From: Centroscyllium fabricii
Lineage: Eukaryota
Reading direction: 5' to 3'
Length of the DNA: 64,000 nt
NCBI GenBank assembly: GCA_051313645.2
Contig: JBNRSN020000012.1
Location: 81,282,001-81,346,000 of the forward strand
The position numbers and the translations under genes were made by a program. Position 1 is the stretch's first letter. Each line of letters opens with the position of its first letter. Under the pieces are notes generated by a model. That model ran no database searches. It saw only the letters and a list, made by a program, of their open reading frames with translations, and was not told the DNA's origin. This document shows positions 51,280 through 64,000 of the stretch, piece after piece.

Positions 51280-53794
51280 GCGCTTGGAGAGGAGCCCCCA
51301 CTTCCTTGCTGTCTGCCACCAACATCCCTCATGGGCCAGCCCCACTTCAGAGCTAGCAAGTGGCTTGACAGCACCTTGCTGCACTTCAGGGGGGCCATGA
51401 GGACCCGTTTCTGTACTGGAGGTCCTACTCCCGAGGACTTGCATGAATGTCTGGTTTGTATGCTCAATAGCTGACCATCGCTCCTCAAGAGATGTCAGTC
51501 TATTGTGAACAATGACCATGTTTTCACGACCCTAGCGACTAAGCTCCTCCATGGCCATAGCCATCCTTTCCTCTGCGGTAGCCATCCTTTCCACAGAGGT
51601 TGCCATTCTTTCCGTGGTGATGCGTTCATGTGCCAACGTCTCCACAAAGGCTCTGCTCATGTTAGCGATGGACTCCTCCATTTGCTCCACACCCGCAGCG
51701 ACCCTGGAGACAAAACCTGCCAGAGACTCCTGCAGCTGTTCCTGGAGTTCCAGCACCGCTGTCCTTCTGGATAGACCCAGAGGTATAGGATCGACATGCA
51801 GTGGAGCCGAGCTGGGAGCGTCATGTCCCTTCCGACTAGGACTCTGAACTGCTGTCCCTGTCTCCACCATCCGCTGAAGCTCACTTGTGAGCTGTGATAC
51901 ACCAGGTGACAACACTACTCTATGTCCCGAAGGTTCCACTGAGGTGTGACTGTGTGCGTTGGTGATGTGTGCACTTAATTCTGCTGATGCAGTGCCCTTA
52001 GAGGTTGCAGCTTCCTCTGAGAAGTCTGGAAGCTCAGGCTCTTTCACCTGGACAGTGGGGACGGGGGAGTAAAGGAAAGAGTTAGAGATGTGAGGTCAAG
52101 GTTGCATGCACATTGAATAGTGCAGATGAACATAAGTCAATCTGTTAGAGCATCAGATTCATTATCAGTCACTCATGCAATGTCAATGAGAGAGATGTCA
52201 AACTATTCTGTCACCAGCTTGCTGTGATGTGCCTGCCTGTCCGTCCCCCACTTGGGAATCCTCCTCAATCCTGGCAATTTCCAGCACCACATCGTCTGAG
52301 GTGGTGATCTGACCTACTGAGGGTAGCCCTCCTCCTGTCCTCGCTCTTTCCCTCTTATTGTGGGCTCTCTTTTCCTGCAATGAGGGACACAAGTGGAGTT
52401 TGAGTGAGAATGAAGGAGTGAGTGTAGAGAATCCATAGCATAGATGCTTAGAAGGAGACAAAGGGCCCTCCCTGTGTGTTGTAAGTTGTCATTGCATCAC
52501 AGTAATAGGGAATGTGAGGGCTGCATGGTTGAATAGTTAAGTGAATATGACCATAGAGAGAGACGGAATGGGTAAGGGTGCAGGGATGTAAGTGTCAAGT
52601 GGGATAGAAACATAGAAACATAGAAGATAGGAGCAGGAGTAGGCCATTCGGCCCCTCGAGCCTGCTCCGCCATTCAATGAGATCATGGCTGATCATCCAA
52701 ACTCAGTACACTGTCCCTGCCTTCTCCCTATATCCCTTGATCCCTCTAGCCTAGAACAAATACATCCAGCTCCTTCTTGAATATATTCAATGAACTAGCC
52801 TCCACCGCCCTCTGTGGCAGAGAATTCTGCAGGTTCACCACTCTCTGGGTGAAGAAATTCCTCCTCATCTCTGTCCTAAATGAGTTGCCCCTTATCCTTA
52901 GACTATGACCCCTGGTTCTAGACTCTCCGATCATCGGGAGCATTCTTCCTGCATCAAGTTTGTCCAGACCAGTTAGAATTTTATACGTTTCGATGAGATC
53001 CCCTCTCAATCTTCTAAACTCCAGAGAGTACAAACCCAGTCTACCCAGTCTCTCCTCATACGTCATTACTGCCATCCCAGGTATCAGCTTGGTGAATCTT
53101 CTCTGCACTCCCTCCATGGCAAGAACGTCCTTCCTTAGGTAAGGAGACCAAAATTGCACACAGTACTCAAGGTGTGGTCTCACCAAGGATGTGGAGGAAG
53201 AGGTTGGCAAAGCAGAGTGCTGGTGAGGAGAGGCGATGGGGATTAGACTGAGGGTGATGCGAAAGTCATACTCACTTTTCCAGTGCGCAGAAGGTCATGA
53301 AACCTCTTCCTGCACTGCAGCCAGGTTCTGCAGAACATAGACATGGCATTGACCTCCTTGGCCACTTGCAGCCACACAGCTTTAGTTTGTTGTGGTGGCT
53401 TATTTCTCCCTGAGGAAGGGAAGAGCTCCTCCTTATTAGATCTTGCTCCCTCCACCAGAGCTTGGAGGGAGGGCTCATCAAAGCGAGGTGCACACTTTTG
53501 CTTGCTGGTGGACATGGTCGGTAAATGAAGTCTTTCATACAATATCCAAAGCGTTTCCAGTCTCCAGAAGAAGCAAGGCTGCTTGCAGGCCTTAAATCCA
53601 GCAGCACTGATGCCATCATTGGAGGCGACTTTCAGGATGGAAAGACTAATTGGGACAGGGGTTCCCACACACTGGAATTCAATTGCCCAATTTGGGGAAA
53701 ATCGCTCTTTTTCCCCACATCACACTGAAGTCGGGTTCAGCACTTTAAAAACACCTGACACGCCCCAGCCCGCCCACACTGGCAAAATCGAGCC
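51280..53794 (-). mobile_element. Harbinger element end carrying a spliced Myb/SANT-like gene (exons about 53515-53276, 52374-52215, 52047-51532)
   Basis: MSTSKQKCAPRFDEPSLQALV...WLQVAKEVN...RTWLQCRKRFHDLLRTGK, donor gtgag, acceptor ttgcag, then in-phase EKRAHNKRERARTGGG. Coiled-coil-like last exon. TIR-like ggcaaaatcgagcc at 53781-53794. Confidence 0.8.
52604..53188 (-). mobile_element. CR1 LINE 3' fragment inside intron 1 of the Myb-like gene
   Basis: LVRPHLEYCVQFWSP...FFTQRVVNL; catagaaa tail. Confidence 0.92.
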
Positions 53795-53799
53795 ATTCG

Positions 53800-54551
53800 T
53801 GTTTTAATGGATTTCGATGGATCAATGGGTGTCAATGGATAAAACAGCAATACCTGTTTTGCTGGAGCAATGGACTTCCTGGCCTCAATGGAAAACACTT
53901 TAACCTTGGGCAAAACATATCAGCAGAAAGACTAAATCACATTAAATATGTACCACAGGCGTGGGGGGAGGAGACAAGATAAGGAATTATCTTCCATCCC
54001 TCAGCGCTGTACATATCCTGTGGTTTGGATTACTAGGTATGTATTGGAAAACAAGAGTTGGGGGAAGTCCCAGACTTGAAAAGGCATGACGGAAGAGCTG
54101 TAAAAAGGAACCACACCACAGCGCTCTCTCTCTCTCTCTCTCGGAAACTAGCTCTGACTACAGCAACTGCCAGGTGTAAGAAGGAAGAGAATACAGTCAT
54201 GTCCAGCTCCCAGCCTGCAATCGACGTCAGCCACGACTAGCCAGATGGGTGATTGTAAGTATCAGTTAACTCTACAAGGGGTTTGAGCTGTGTAGGCAGC
54301 TACAGTCAGATAAAGGAGGACGGGGACAGGTCACCTCCGATCCAGGCCTACAATCCACAACGGTAACGACCGGCCGTATGGGTGATTGTAAGTTTCAGCC
54401 AAATCTCAACAGGTTTTGTCTGTGTTCTGTTGGTTTTAATAAACTAACAGTTTTGGGTTGAACCTAAACCTCTGTGTCATCTACCATTTTGTTCCTGTAA
54501 AACCCAGAGTCAAAGAACCCTTGTAAGGATGAGGAAATCAAACACCTTACA
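53800..54551 (+). mobile_element. Probable partial solo LTR
   Basis: TATA-like tgtaaaaagg, CT run, AATAAA at about 54438, ends ...ccttaca; 5' end and TSD not resolved. Confidence 0.45.
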
Positions 54552-54734
54552 GCTGACAGCTCATTATACTGTGGCAGGTGTGCAGCTTGTGCTACACATG
54601 CTGCTTATTGACTGTGTGCCTGTTTGTGGGGGCTGGAAATCGACCGTCTCAGATGCAATTTAAAGGAAGTCTGGACCTCTTGAAGGGGAGGTGCACAGTA
54701 GCTGCAGGCCAGAGGGAATGCTTCCGAAGGAGAA

Positions 54735-54830
54735 AACTGGCTGCAAGAGCTGTAGATCAGACTCCCAGGTTCTCCAATGTCACTTTGGAGGCCCTGGACC
54801 AGGCAGTGATCAGAAGGAGGGAGATACTGT
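54735..54830 (+). pseudogene. N-terminal remnant of another Harbinger Myb/SANT-like gene
   Basis: AARAVDQTPRFSNVTLEALDQAVIRRREIL resembles the PRF...L.ALV motif of the gene at 53515. Confidence 0.55.
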
Positions 54831-56050
54831 AATTGAAAATTGGGAAATGGCAGACTTGCTAAATATTTACTTTGTATCGGTCTTCACAGTAGAGGATGAG
54901 GATAAAGTACCAGAAATATGAGGAAAAATAAAAATTAATCAAGGGGAGGAACTTACTAGATTTAATGTAAGTAAAAAGAAATGGTAATGGAGAAAATAAT
55001 GAGACTAAAGATAAACAAATCTCTAGGACCTGATGCTTTCCACACCAGGGTATTAAAAGAAGTAGGTGTGGAAGTTGTGGACACTTTAGTCATGATCTTC
55101 CAAAACTCTCTTGATTCAGGAACTGACTCATGGAATGGGAAAAGTCCCAATGTCACTCGTTATTTAAGAAGGGTACGAGAGGTAAACTAGGAATTTATAG
55201 GCCTATTAGTCCAACGTCTATTGTGGGGAAGTTACTTGAATCTGTTATTAGAGACAGCGGGACTAAGCACTTGGACAAATAGGAACCGATAAGAGAGAAT
55301 CAGCATGAATTTGTAATGGGTAATTCATGTCCAATGAACAGAGTTGAATTTTTTGAGGAGGTCTCTAACGTGGTATATAAAGGAGTGTCTATGGATCTTA
55401 CTTATATGGACTTCCAGAAGGCATTCGATAAGGTTCCACATAAGAGACTGTTACCAAAAATGAGAACGTATGGAATTGGAGTCAACCTATTGACATGGGT
55501 AAGGAATTTGTTTAGAGCTAGGAGACAGAGAGTAGGGATATGTAAAAACATAGAACATAGAAGATAGGAGCAGGAGCAGGCCATTCAGCCCTTCGAGCCT
55601 GCTCCACCATTCAATGAGATCATGGCTGATCATCCAAACCCAGTACCCTATCCCTGACTTCTCCCCATATCCCTCGATCCCTATTGAGCCTGCACCGACA
55701 CATATCCCACCCTATCCCCGTAACCCCACATATTCAATCCCCCTAACACTGAGGGTCAATTTATCATGGCCAATCAACCTAACCCGCACATCTTTGGACT
55801 GTGGGAGGAAACCGGAGCACCCGGAGGAAACCCACGCAGACACGGGGAGAATGTGCAAACTCCACACAGATAGTCACTCGAGGCCGGATTCGAACCTGGG
55901 TCTCTAGTGCTGTAAGGCAACAGTGCTAACCACTATGCCACCGTGCCGCCCAGTGCTAACCACTATGCCACCACCGTGTACTCAAGGTATGTACTCAAAT
56001 TGGCAGGATGTGACTAGTGGTGTCCCCCGGGGATCTGTAATGGGGCCATT
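54831..56050 (+). mobile_element. Old CR1 RT fragment interrupted by a SINE
   Basis: [32 protein letters not shown], then gtgactagtggtgtccccc; many stops. Confidence 0.85.
55549..55975 (-). mobile_element. HE1-like V-SINE
   Basis: Close match to 26920-27316; its 5' end is tandemly duplicated (cagtgctaaccactatgccacc twice). Confidence 0.9.
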
Positions 56051-56857
56051 GTGTTTGGACTGGTATCTGAGGGAAGGTGCAAGCCATTTAATTCAAAGTT
56101 AAGCTTCTTGTCGACTTGTATATATGTTTATTTGATAGATCTTTTTGAGTTTAGGAGACACATATTAAAATGTTGCTGGTCCTTCTGTAGCCATCAGAGA
56201 AAGATAAAGCGGCCAGAGAGCTTTGTGGGCAGTCAGCAACAAATCTGCAAAGTCTTTTGACCATTTAACTGATAAATTGTTCTAATTAATGAATTATTCC
56301 CTGTGGTAGCGAGTTCCACATTCTTACCACTCTCTGGGTAAAGAGGGTTCTTCTGAATTCCCTATTGGATTTCTTTGATTACATAAACAGTGCTTGTAAA
56401 CACTTAATAAAAAAAAGGAATTTAACTTTTCTTCACAAACAGAGCATTTAATTAAAATGAGTGGTAACGATGGGATTAAAATGTGTCTTCATCACCCTTT
56501 AGCATACTGACTATAACTTCTTAAACAATTAATGTAGTCCTCCGGAACACTGACTTACTCTAAATTATGCTTACCATGTTTCAAACATTTATAGAGCCTT
56601 TGGGCCTTTAATTAGTTTTGTGTTTAAAATACAATTATTGACAGTAACCTTATCATAGAATCATAGAATTGGATGTCTACCCATTTTCATCTAATTCGAT
56701 AAATAGTTCAATCAATTATGATTATATCTTCCACTGTCAAATCCATGCAGAAAGTGAGCACAATTAATTTAATGGATTTCAAAGGTGGAACTAATCATCT
56801 CCTCCAATTATGTTTTTCGGGGCGGGGGGGGGGTTGGCTATATAGTTTTACCTTCAT

Positions 56858-56965
56858 TTTGACTACATTTCAAAAAATAATTCATTGGTTGTAAAGCACT
56901 TTGGCATATCCTGAGATTATGAACGCGGCTACATAAATGCAAGTCAGCCAGTCTTTCTTTCTTTC
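56858..56965 (+). mobile_element. Decayed SINE 3' tail
   Basis: gactacatttcaaaa...ttcattggttgtaaagcactttgg...ataaatgcaagtc...tctttcttt resembles an L2-tailed SINE end; recognised from memory only. Confidence 0.5.
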
Positions 56966-57034
56966 TGAGTTGCTGGAAGTGTGAGCTGATAACAGAGCAT
57001 CTGGGACCTTGGTGAACATTGGGACAAACAGTAT

Positions 57035-58007
57035 GGGGGGAAAATTCGGTATCGGCCCATTTGGGGTGCTATACTCGGCACAGCGCTAAATTTAGCACCT
57101 GGCGCTAAGTATCGTCTCCAACTGCAAACTTGACTTTTATCGCCCCTGGAAGTGATTGGAGCGCTAAATCAGGCGCTACACACCTCTGTTAAGGCACAAA
57201 GGCCGAGGAGCGAGGCGGTACCTCAGAGCGCTGGCAAAGCTCATGTGATGTCAGTCAGCAATGGAACACAGACACACTGGCACTGTCCAATCTTAAAGGA
57301 GAGTTCTGACGAATGGTCATCGGCCTGAAACGTTAACTCTGTTTCTCTCTTCACAGATGCTGCTTGACCTGCTGAGTTTCTCCTGCATTTTCTGATTTTA
57401 TCTGAAAGGGGAGGGTGGATCTTGCTCTCCATCCACATCCTGCTCATTGCAGCCTTGAATCTCGGCCTGGAGAGTCAGGTACATTAAATCTGCTGGGAAG
57501 AACAATGGAGAGACCCAGGGAAAGAGCTGAGAGTGCAAGGAAGGGCAAATCAAAATGAACCTGCAAAGTGCTGCTCAGTACCCAAAACTCCTTCACACAG
57601 TGTTGAATCTCTCCAGAAGTCTCTCTCTCACTCTCTCAGAAGGCGTGGTGCAAAAATGTCACCAACAAAAAAAGGCAGGAAGCAGTCACCTTTAAATAGC
57701 GCTCCCCCAGTCCCTTTCTGACTGCAGATCGCTCTCCTCAACCTGTCATTGTTAGCGCCAGGCGGTAAGACAGGGGACGCCACTTAATATCCAGTCCGGG
57801 TCGCTACTGGGGCGTTGCGCACTCAAATTATGTCACAATCTGCCGGCGCAGGAGATCGTGGCGGTAGTGTTTAATGCTGCCACAAAATGCCTAGTCAATT
57901 TCCCGAGCAGCACTAAACATGTTGCGCCCGAGCGCTAGTTGCTTTGCGCCCCCATTAGCACCCTCCTAGGGTACTAACGGGAGGCACAACCAACTGAATT
58001 TTTCCTC
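57035..58007. mobile_element. Harbinger-type non-autonomous element, copy 1
   Basis: Ends ggggggaaaattcggt / actgaatttttcctc with TAT on both flanks; collinear with 59039-59880. Confidence 0.8.
57300..57340 (+). ncRNA. Minimal type I hammerhead ribozyme motif in a Penelope-like short insertion (about 57300-57404)
   Basis: agagtt-CTGACGA-atggtc atc ggcct-GAAA-cgtt-aactct: stem I agagtt/aactct, conserved core, short stem II, palindromic ACGT stem III. Confidence 0.7.
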
Positions 58008-59038
58008 TATATCTCCTTAACCAATGAGATTTAAGGATTGAGAAATAAAAAGAGGAAGGACTGAGAAGGAGGGTGAATTAGAGTAGATGAATTCCATGTC
58101 AAATCAGGTACAGAAAGAGAAGAAAGGGAAACAAAAATTGGATTAAGAAAGCGTGAAAAAGATATTGAAAGGAAAAGTAAGAAAAAAATTAAAATTTTAA
58201 ATTTGACACTTTTATAATCTCCTAAAACAATTCACAACCTGAAGGAATGAGACTCCACACTTATAATTATTTACTTCCTGAGCAAGAGAGGTTGAGTGGC
58301 AGTCATTAACAATTATCACACCATTAAAAGGGTATTTATACTGATAATTACGAGACCTGTCTTTCTGCAGCGAGTTTAATGGGCAATTCATGTGCAGATG
58401 CAGCAACTTCATGAAAATCACGGGGAGTTTGTATTCGCAAAGCTAATGGCAGAGTACAGCAACCTGTGCAATTAGCAATTCATGGGGTATCTCTTCCTCG
58501 CCACAAGTTGCTGGCTGATTTGTGCATTAATAACAGCGTGCGTCATCAGACACCGTTATGTTTTCAGCAAAATCTGGCCTATTATAGTCATATGTCAGTT
58601 TAATATGATTACCATATTCCATTTGTCTGATTAGGAAATAAACTGAGAAGCCTATCTGTCTCTGTAGCAAAACTGCTGTTACTTGAATAAATTTGCCTTT
58701 TAAATGGTTCCCAAGAGGGCTAACAGTTTTCAATAAGTTTTCAACACTGCTTCAATATAAAATATATATCATTTGAGCTGGTTTAAACAGATGAGCTACA
58801 TTAAAATACTGACTGAGGAAAATTGTGATATATGAAGATAAATGTGCTGTTTGAATATGCAAGGAAAATTGACTTTGGGGTAGAAAATTAACCTTGTTAC
58901 ATACTAAAATATGTGCACAAAGACCCAATTTTGGGGAGCAATGTCCTGCACCCCAAGGCTGTCTGAAAAACATCTTTCCCCAAATTGGCTTGGGTCATTT
59001 TGCAGGAGTCTCTGGCTGCCACCTAAAACAGGCAAAAG

Positions 59039-59880
59039 GGGGGAAAAAGTTGGTAAGTTTAGCACCTGGCACTAGTTATCGCTCCGAATGCAAACTTGGC
59101 TTCTATCACCCCTGGAGGTGATTGGAGCGCTAAATCAGGCGCTACACACCTCTCTTAAGACGCTAACGCCGAGGGGCGAGGCATTATCTCAGCTCGTGAT
59201 GTCAGTCAGCAATGGAACACAGACACACTGGTGCCAGACAGTTCTTAAAGGGGAGGGTCGATCTTGCTCTCCATCCACACCCTGCTCATTGCAGCCTTGA
59301 ATCTCAGCCTGGAGAGACCCGTACATCAAATCTGCTGGAAAGAACAATGGAGCGGCCCAGGGAAAGATGTCAGAGTGCAGCCTCCATAGTCTCTTCTAAA
59401 TTGATGCATGGAAGATTGAATCAAAATGATCCTGCAAAGTGCTGCTCAGTACCCAAAGCTCCTCAACACTGCATTGAATATTTCCAGGAGTCTCTCTCTC
59501 TCTCTCACTCAGAATGCGTGGTGCAAAACTGTTGCCAAAAATAAATGCAGGAACCGGTCGCCTTTAAATAGCGCTCCCCCAGTTCCTTCCCGACTGCAAA
59601 ACACTCCGCTCAACCTGTCGTTGCTAGCGGCAGGCGGTAAGGCAGGGGGCGCCACTCAATATCCGGTCCGGGGCGCTAGCGGGGCATTGCACGCTCGACT
59701 GATGTCACGATTTGCGGGCGCAGGAGATCATGGCGGTAGTGTTTAGCGCCGCTGCAAAATGTCTGGTCAATTTCGCAAGCGCCGCAAACATCACCGCACC
59801 CGGGTGCTCATTGCGTTGCGCTCCATTAACGCCCTCTTAAGGCACTAACTGGAGGTGCAAACCAACCAAATTTTTCCCCC
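59039..59880. mobile_element. Harbinger-type non-autonomous element, copy 2
   Basis: Ends gggggaaaaagttggt / accaaatttttccccc with AAG on both flanks; same family as 57035-58007. Confidence 0.8.
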
Positions 59881-60334
59881 AAGGTCGCTTATATATGTAA
59901 ATGAGGGACCTAACTCCTGTTTTAGACCCCCTCACCAAAATTGGTCTGTGGCAAGCAGTACACGAGTCAGGCCTACCCTACTTAGGATTCTTCATGGCCG
60001 CTGTGGCCTATACAGCGATCATCAATGAAAAATTCATTTTTTCCTAAAAGTTAATTTTAAAAATGTTCTTGTGAAGCCAGAAGGAGCAGGAGCAGCATAT
60101 GAGGGAGAATGAAATAGAGGGTTATGCTGAGAGAGTTAGATGAGGAAGGATGGGAGGAGGCTCGAGTAAAGCATGGACAGGTTGGGCTTCCTGAGAGTTG
60201 CTGCCGGTGCACGATCGCCCAATATTGGGTCGGCCTCAGGCCTCCCAGTTCAGCCACATGTTGCTGTTGTTTCATTGTATCTGTGCCTGAAATCAGGCAA
60301 CAATGACTTAATGCTGATGCAATATTTGGACAAT

Positions 60335-61119
60335 GGGCTGGATTTTGCTCTCAGTGGTGAACAAACACCGCCAGCTATACATTTCACTTGCACTTGCCCA
60401 CAGACTCTCTATGAGATTTTGCGCTGGATCTTACTGTAAATTACAGAGCCAAAACAGCGCAGCACCCTCTACAAGAAATCTGTTACCTGTGTGAACAGAG
60501 CAAGCAGCTATGTGTCCCCTTAACCAATCAGATTGAAGAATCGTTAATGAGCAGCCCAGAGTCTGAACCAGAAAGTGTAAGTTAAAATATTTAATTCAAT
60601 GTCAACTCAGGTACAGAAAGTAAAATAAAGGGAGGTAAGAAAGATGGGATTAAGAAAGGGAGGTAAAGGAGACAGAAAGAAAAAGTTAAAAATAGTTCCC
60701 TTTAAAATTTTTTATTTTTGTTAAACCTCCAACAATAATTAAAATCTGAAGGAATGAGACTCCAACTTGCAAAAGTTAATTTTCAGTGCCAGAGAGGTTA
60801 TTTAATTAAGACGTATCACACTATTAAAAATGTACTTACACTGGAATGGACAATCCCAAACTGTTTCTGGCAATTTTAGTGTGTGTCTATCATGTAAGTA
60901 CTGCAACTTCACACTGTACCATGTGTTTCAATGTCGAGTCTCTCCATGAGATGCCATTCTCGCACAATTTCTGGAGGAGCAGGGTAACTTGGACAGCAAG
61001 TTCCCTATTTCTGCATTTAACTGTGCATGTGCGGTCGCCAGAAGTTGCTGTCTGATTTACACTTTTGTAAAGGTGAGCGCTGATAGCTTCACCGTTATTT
61101 CTACAGCAAAATCTGACCC
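60335..61119. mobile_element. Harbinger-type MITE
   Basis: Imperfect TIRs gggctggattttgct / agcaaaatctgaccc; a truncated relative lies at about 58011-58580. Confidence 0.65.
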
Positions 61120-61439
61120 ATTGTGTCATCAAATACCTGGGAAAATTATAGTTAGATACATAGGAACAGGAGTAAGCTCTGCTCCTCAAGCCTATTCAGC
61201 CATTCTGTTAGATCACGGCTGATCTGTATCTCAACCTCCTTCAACAAACTTTTCTCCATATCCCTTGATATCATTCCCAACATAAATCTATTGATCTGAG
61301 TCTTGTAAGTTTTAATTAACTCAGCATCCACAGGAGTTCAAGATTTTTGTTACCTTTGTGTGGGAAAAAAAGCATCCTGATTTCACTCATAAATAACCTA
61401 GCTCTAATTTTAAGATTATACACTATTTTCTCAACAGAG

Positions 61440-62172
61440 GAAATAAATTCTCTGGCAGGCAAAATAAAGGAAAATCCTAAGATGTTTTATAAATATATTA
61501 AGGGCAAGAGGATAAGGTGGTTAAAAAGGCATATGGGATACTTGCCTTCATTAGCCGAGGCATAGAATATAATAGCAGGGAGGTTATGATGGAGCTGTAC
61601 AAAACGCTGGTAAGACCACAGCTGGAGTACTGTGTGCAGTTCTGGTCGCCACACTATAGGAAGGATGTAATAGCTTTGGAGAGGGTGCAGAGGAGATTCA
61701 CCAGGATGCTGTCTGGGCTGGGGAGCTTCAGCTATGAAGAGAGACTGGAGAGGCTGGTTTTTTTTTCCTTGGAGCAGAGGAGGCTGAGGGGGGACCTGAT
61801 TGAGGGATACAAAATTATGAGGGGAATAGATAAGGTGGATGGAGTGGAACTTTTTCCCTTGGTTGAGGGGTCAATAACTAGGGGGCATAAATTTAGGGTA
61901 AGGGGCAGGAGGTATCGTGGGGATGTGAGGAAGAACTTTTTCACCCAGAGGGTGGTTGGAGTCTGGAACTCACTGCCTGAGAGGGTGGTAGAGGCGGGAA
62001 CCCTCACAACATTCAAAAAGCATTTGGATGAGCACTTGAAATGCCACAGCATACAAGGCTACGGACCAAATGCGGGGAAATGGGACTAGTATAGACTGGG
62101 ATTGATGGGCGGCACGGACGCGATGGACCGAAGGGCCTCTTTCTGTGCTGTATTACTCTATGACTCTATGAC
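61440..62172 (+). mobile_element. CR1 LINE 3' fragment, internally deleted
   Basis: LAGKIKENPKMFYKYIKGKRI joined directly to VVKKAYGILAFI...LEYCVQFWSP; (ctctatga)n tail. Confidence 0.9.
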
Positions 62173-62338
62173 TCGATGTATTGACCCTATTGAACCCCTT
62201 TATCATTTTAAACATCTTGATTAGATCATCCTTCAAACTTCTAAACCAAGTTTATGCAACTTGTCTCACAATTGAACCATTTATGAACTGATGTCATTCT
62301 GGTGAACCTGTTCTTTACCCACACCAAGGACAATATAT

Positions 62339-64000
62339 TGTAGCGTAGCCACTCAAGAGAGACAATCTGGGCTCTCTAGGACACAGTATCCACATTTCCT
62401 GAATGGTCCCGCCCCCGTTTTCCCATTGGATAAGTTAGATCAACGGTTACGGTCCCTGACTGGTCCGGAGGGCTGTCACTCAAGAGCCCCAAGTTGCTTT
62501 GTGTTTTCGTGCCGTTTTATTGTTAGTTCTGCATGGATAGAGTTGAATAAAGACTTGTTTGAATTTGCTCCGCTGTTTTTCTCCGTTTCTTAGTATTTAA
62601 AGAGTCAAAACTACTGTTCCCCACAATTGGTGACCCCGAATAGCAGACATAGAAAACGCTGACACGAACACGCCCGCCGTGGCCGAGCAAAACGAACGGC
62701 TGTCGACTACCAGTCTCCCTGCCTTTTGGGAACACTAAGCAGCCGCTTGGTTCATTCAAACGGAGGCACAGTTTCGACTAAGACGCATCACTCACGATGA
62801 GGACCGCTATCTCCTCGTCGTTGCAACCCTGCCGAGCCACGTTGCCGCCGACAATGTCGACCTGCTCCGGGACCCGCCGCCAGCCGACAGGTATGCTGCC
62901 ATCCAGAAGCACCTGCTTCAGGCCCACGACCTATTGGAGGCCGTACGGGCCCGGCAACTTCTCAAACTCCTGGTTCTCGGTGATTCCACGCCCACACGTT
63001 TGATGAACCGTATGCTCGCCCTGCTTGGTGACCACAAGAACTGCCCTTTGCTCCGGGCACTCTTCATCAACCTGCTCCCACAGCCGGTGCAATCCGCGTT
63101 AGCGAACATTAAAGGTGGGGACTATGCCGATTTGGCCACCGCCACAGACCGCGTCTGCCTGTGTACGCCCTTCACATGCGCAACCACGAGGCCCCCAGCC
63201 CCTACACCACAACCAACGCCTCGACCACAGCCGGAGCTTTGCTATTATCATGCACGTTTCGGCCCGAAGGCCCACCGCTGCCGACCACCTGTTCCTTCGA
63301 CGGCAAGGTGGCCCAACCCAAACCCAATGCTCCGAGCCAGCATCGCCGCCAAGGACCAGCCGCTGCTAACACCATGGGCACAGCAGGTCAGTTGCTGTAT
63401 GTTACAGACTCTCTGTCCGGGCAACAATTCCTCTGCGACACAGGGGCCCAGCTCAGCATCTTCCGGCCACGCGCTCCGATCGACGGTCCAGCCGCAGTGG
63501 CCCACTCCTCGTGGCAGTGAATGGCGCAGCAATAGCCACGTTCGGTAAGAGGCGAGCGGAAATCTGACTGGGTGACCAAAGGTTTGCCTGGGATTTTGTC
63601 ACGGCCAATATAGCACATCCATTGCTGGGCGTGGATTTCCTGTGTGCCCACGGCCTGCTCGTGGACGTCCGGGGCAGACGTCTGATGGATGCATCTACCT
63701 TTGCATCATTCCCCTGCCAGCGAAGTGATGCTCAACCACTCGTATGCTCCTGCTCTCCTCCTCCGGGTGACAAGTACGCGCGCCTGCTGGCCGAGTTCCC
63801 GGCCATCATGCAGCCGACCTTTTCTGATGGGGTGGCCAAACAAAGCGTTCAACATCACATCGCCACTACTGGTCCACCAGTCTTCGTTCGAGCCAGACGC
63901 CTCGACCCTACAAAGATGGCGGTGGCCAAGCAGGAATTTTCGGCCATGGAGAAGTTAGGGATCATTTGACCTTCCAACAGTCTGTGGTCGTCCCCACTCC
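62339..64000 (+). mobile_element. Gypsy family B copy 2 (CsRN1-like): LTR 62339-62625, PBS, decayed gag-PR, start of RT; runs off window end
   Basis: TG...CA LTR similar to 29566-29853; tggtgaccccga at 62628-62639 (tRNA-Trp type); CYYHARFGPKAHRCRPP; FLCDTGAQ. Confidence 0.9.

Noticed and set aside
1-64000. Prokaryotic systems (CRISPR, retron, DGR, defence islands) built around the many RT ORFs
   Set aside because: Every RT belongs to Gypsy, CR1 or other eukaryotic LINE families. There are no operons, cas genes or regular repeat-spacer arrays.

Overview
This is eukaryotic, gene-poor DNA that is mostly transposon-derived. The V-domain SINEs with CR1-type tails (HE1-like) and abundant CR1 LINEs suggest a cartilaginous fish (shark or ray); that assignment is inference. 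I recognise no host gene, and most of the ORF track is transposon remnants or shadow frames. The window holds seven Ty3/Gypsy-class LTR elements, several of them nested: three copies of a Mag-like family A, three CsRN1-like copies, and one other Mag-like element D. It also holds a non-autonomous Tf1/sushi-like LTR element, about ten CR1 fragments, Rex1/Babar and other LINE tails, SINEs, PIF/Harbinger transposase and Myb/SANT gene remnants, many Harbinger- and Tc1/mariner-type MITEs, and a minimal hammerhead ribozyme motif. The strongest novelty candidate is Gypsy family A. It has no tRNA primer-binding site; instead the 13 nt after the 5' LTR are perfectly complementary to an LTR segment spanning the poly(A) signal. 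That pairing is kept in two copies whose sequences differ, and it encloses covarying hairpins. All three copies also carry YxDN instead of YxDD in reverse transcriptase. Together these point to a self-priming retrotransposon outside the Tf1/sushi lineage. All coordinates were read by eye; degraded element ends are approximate.
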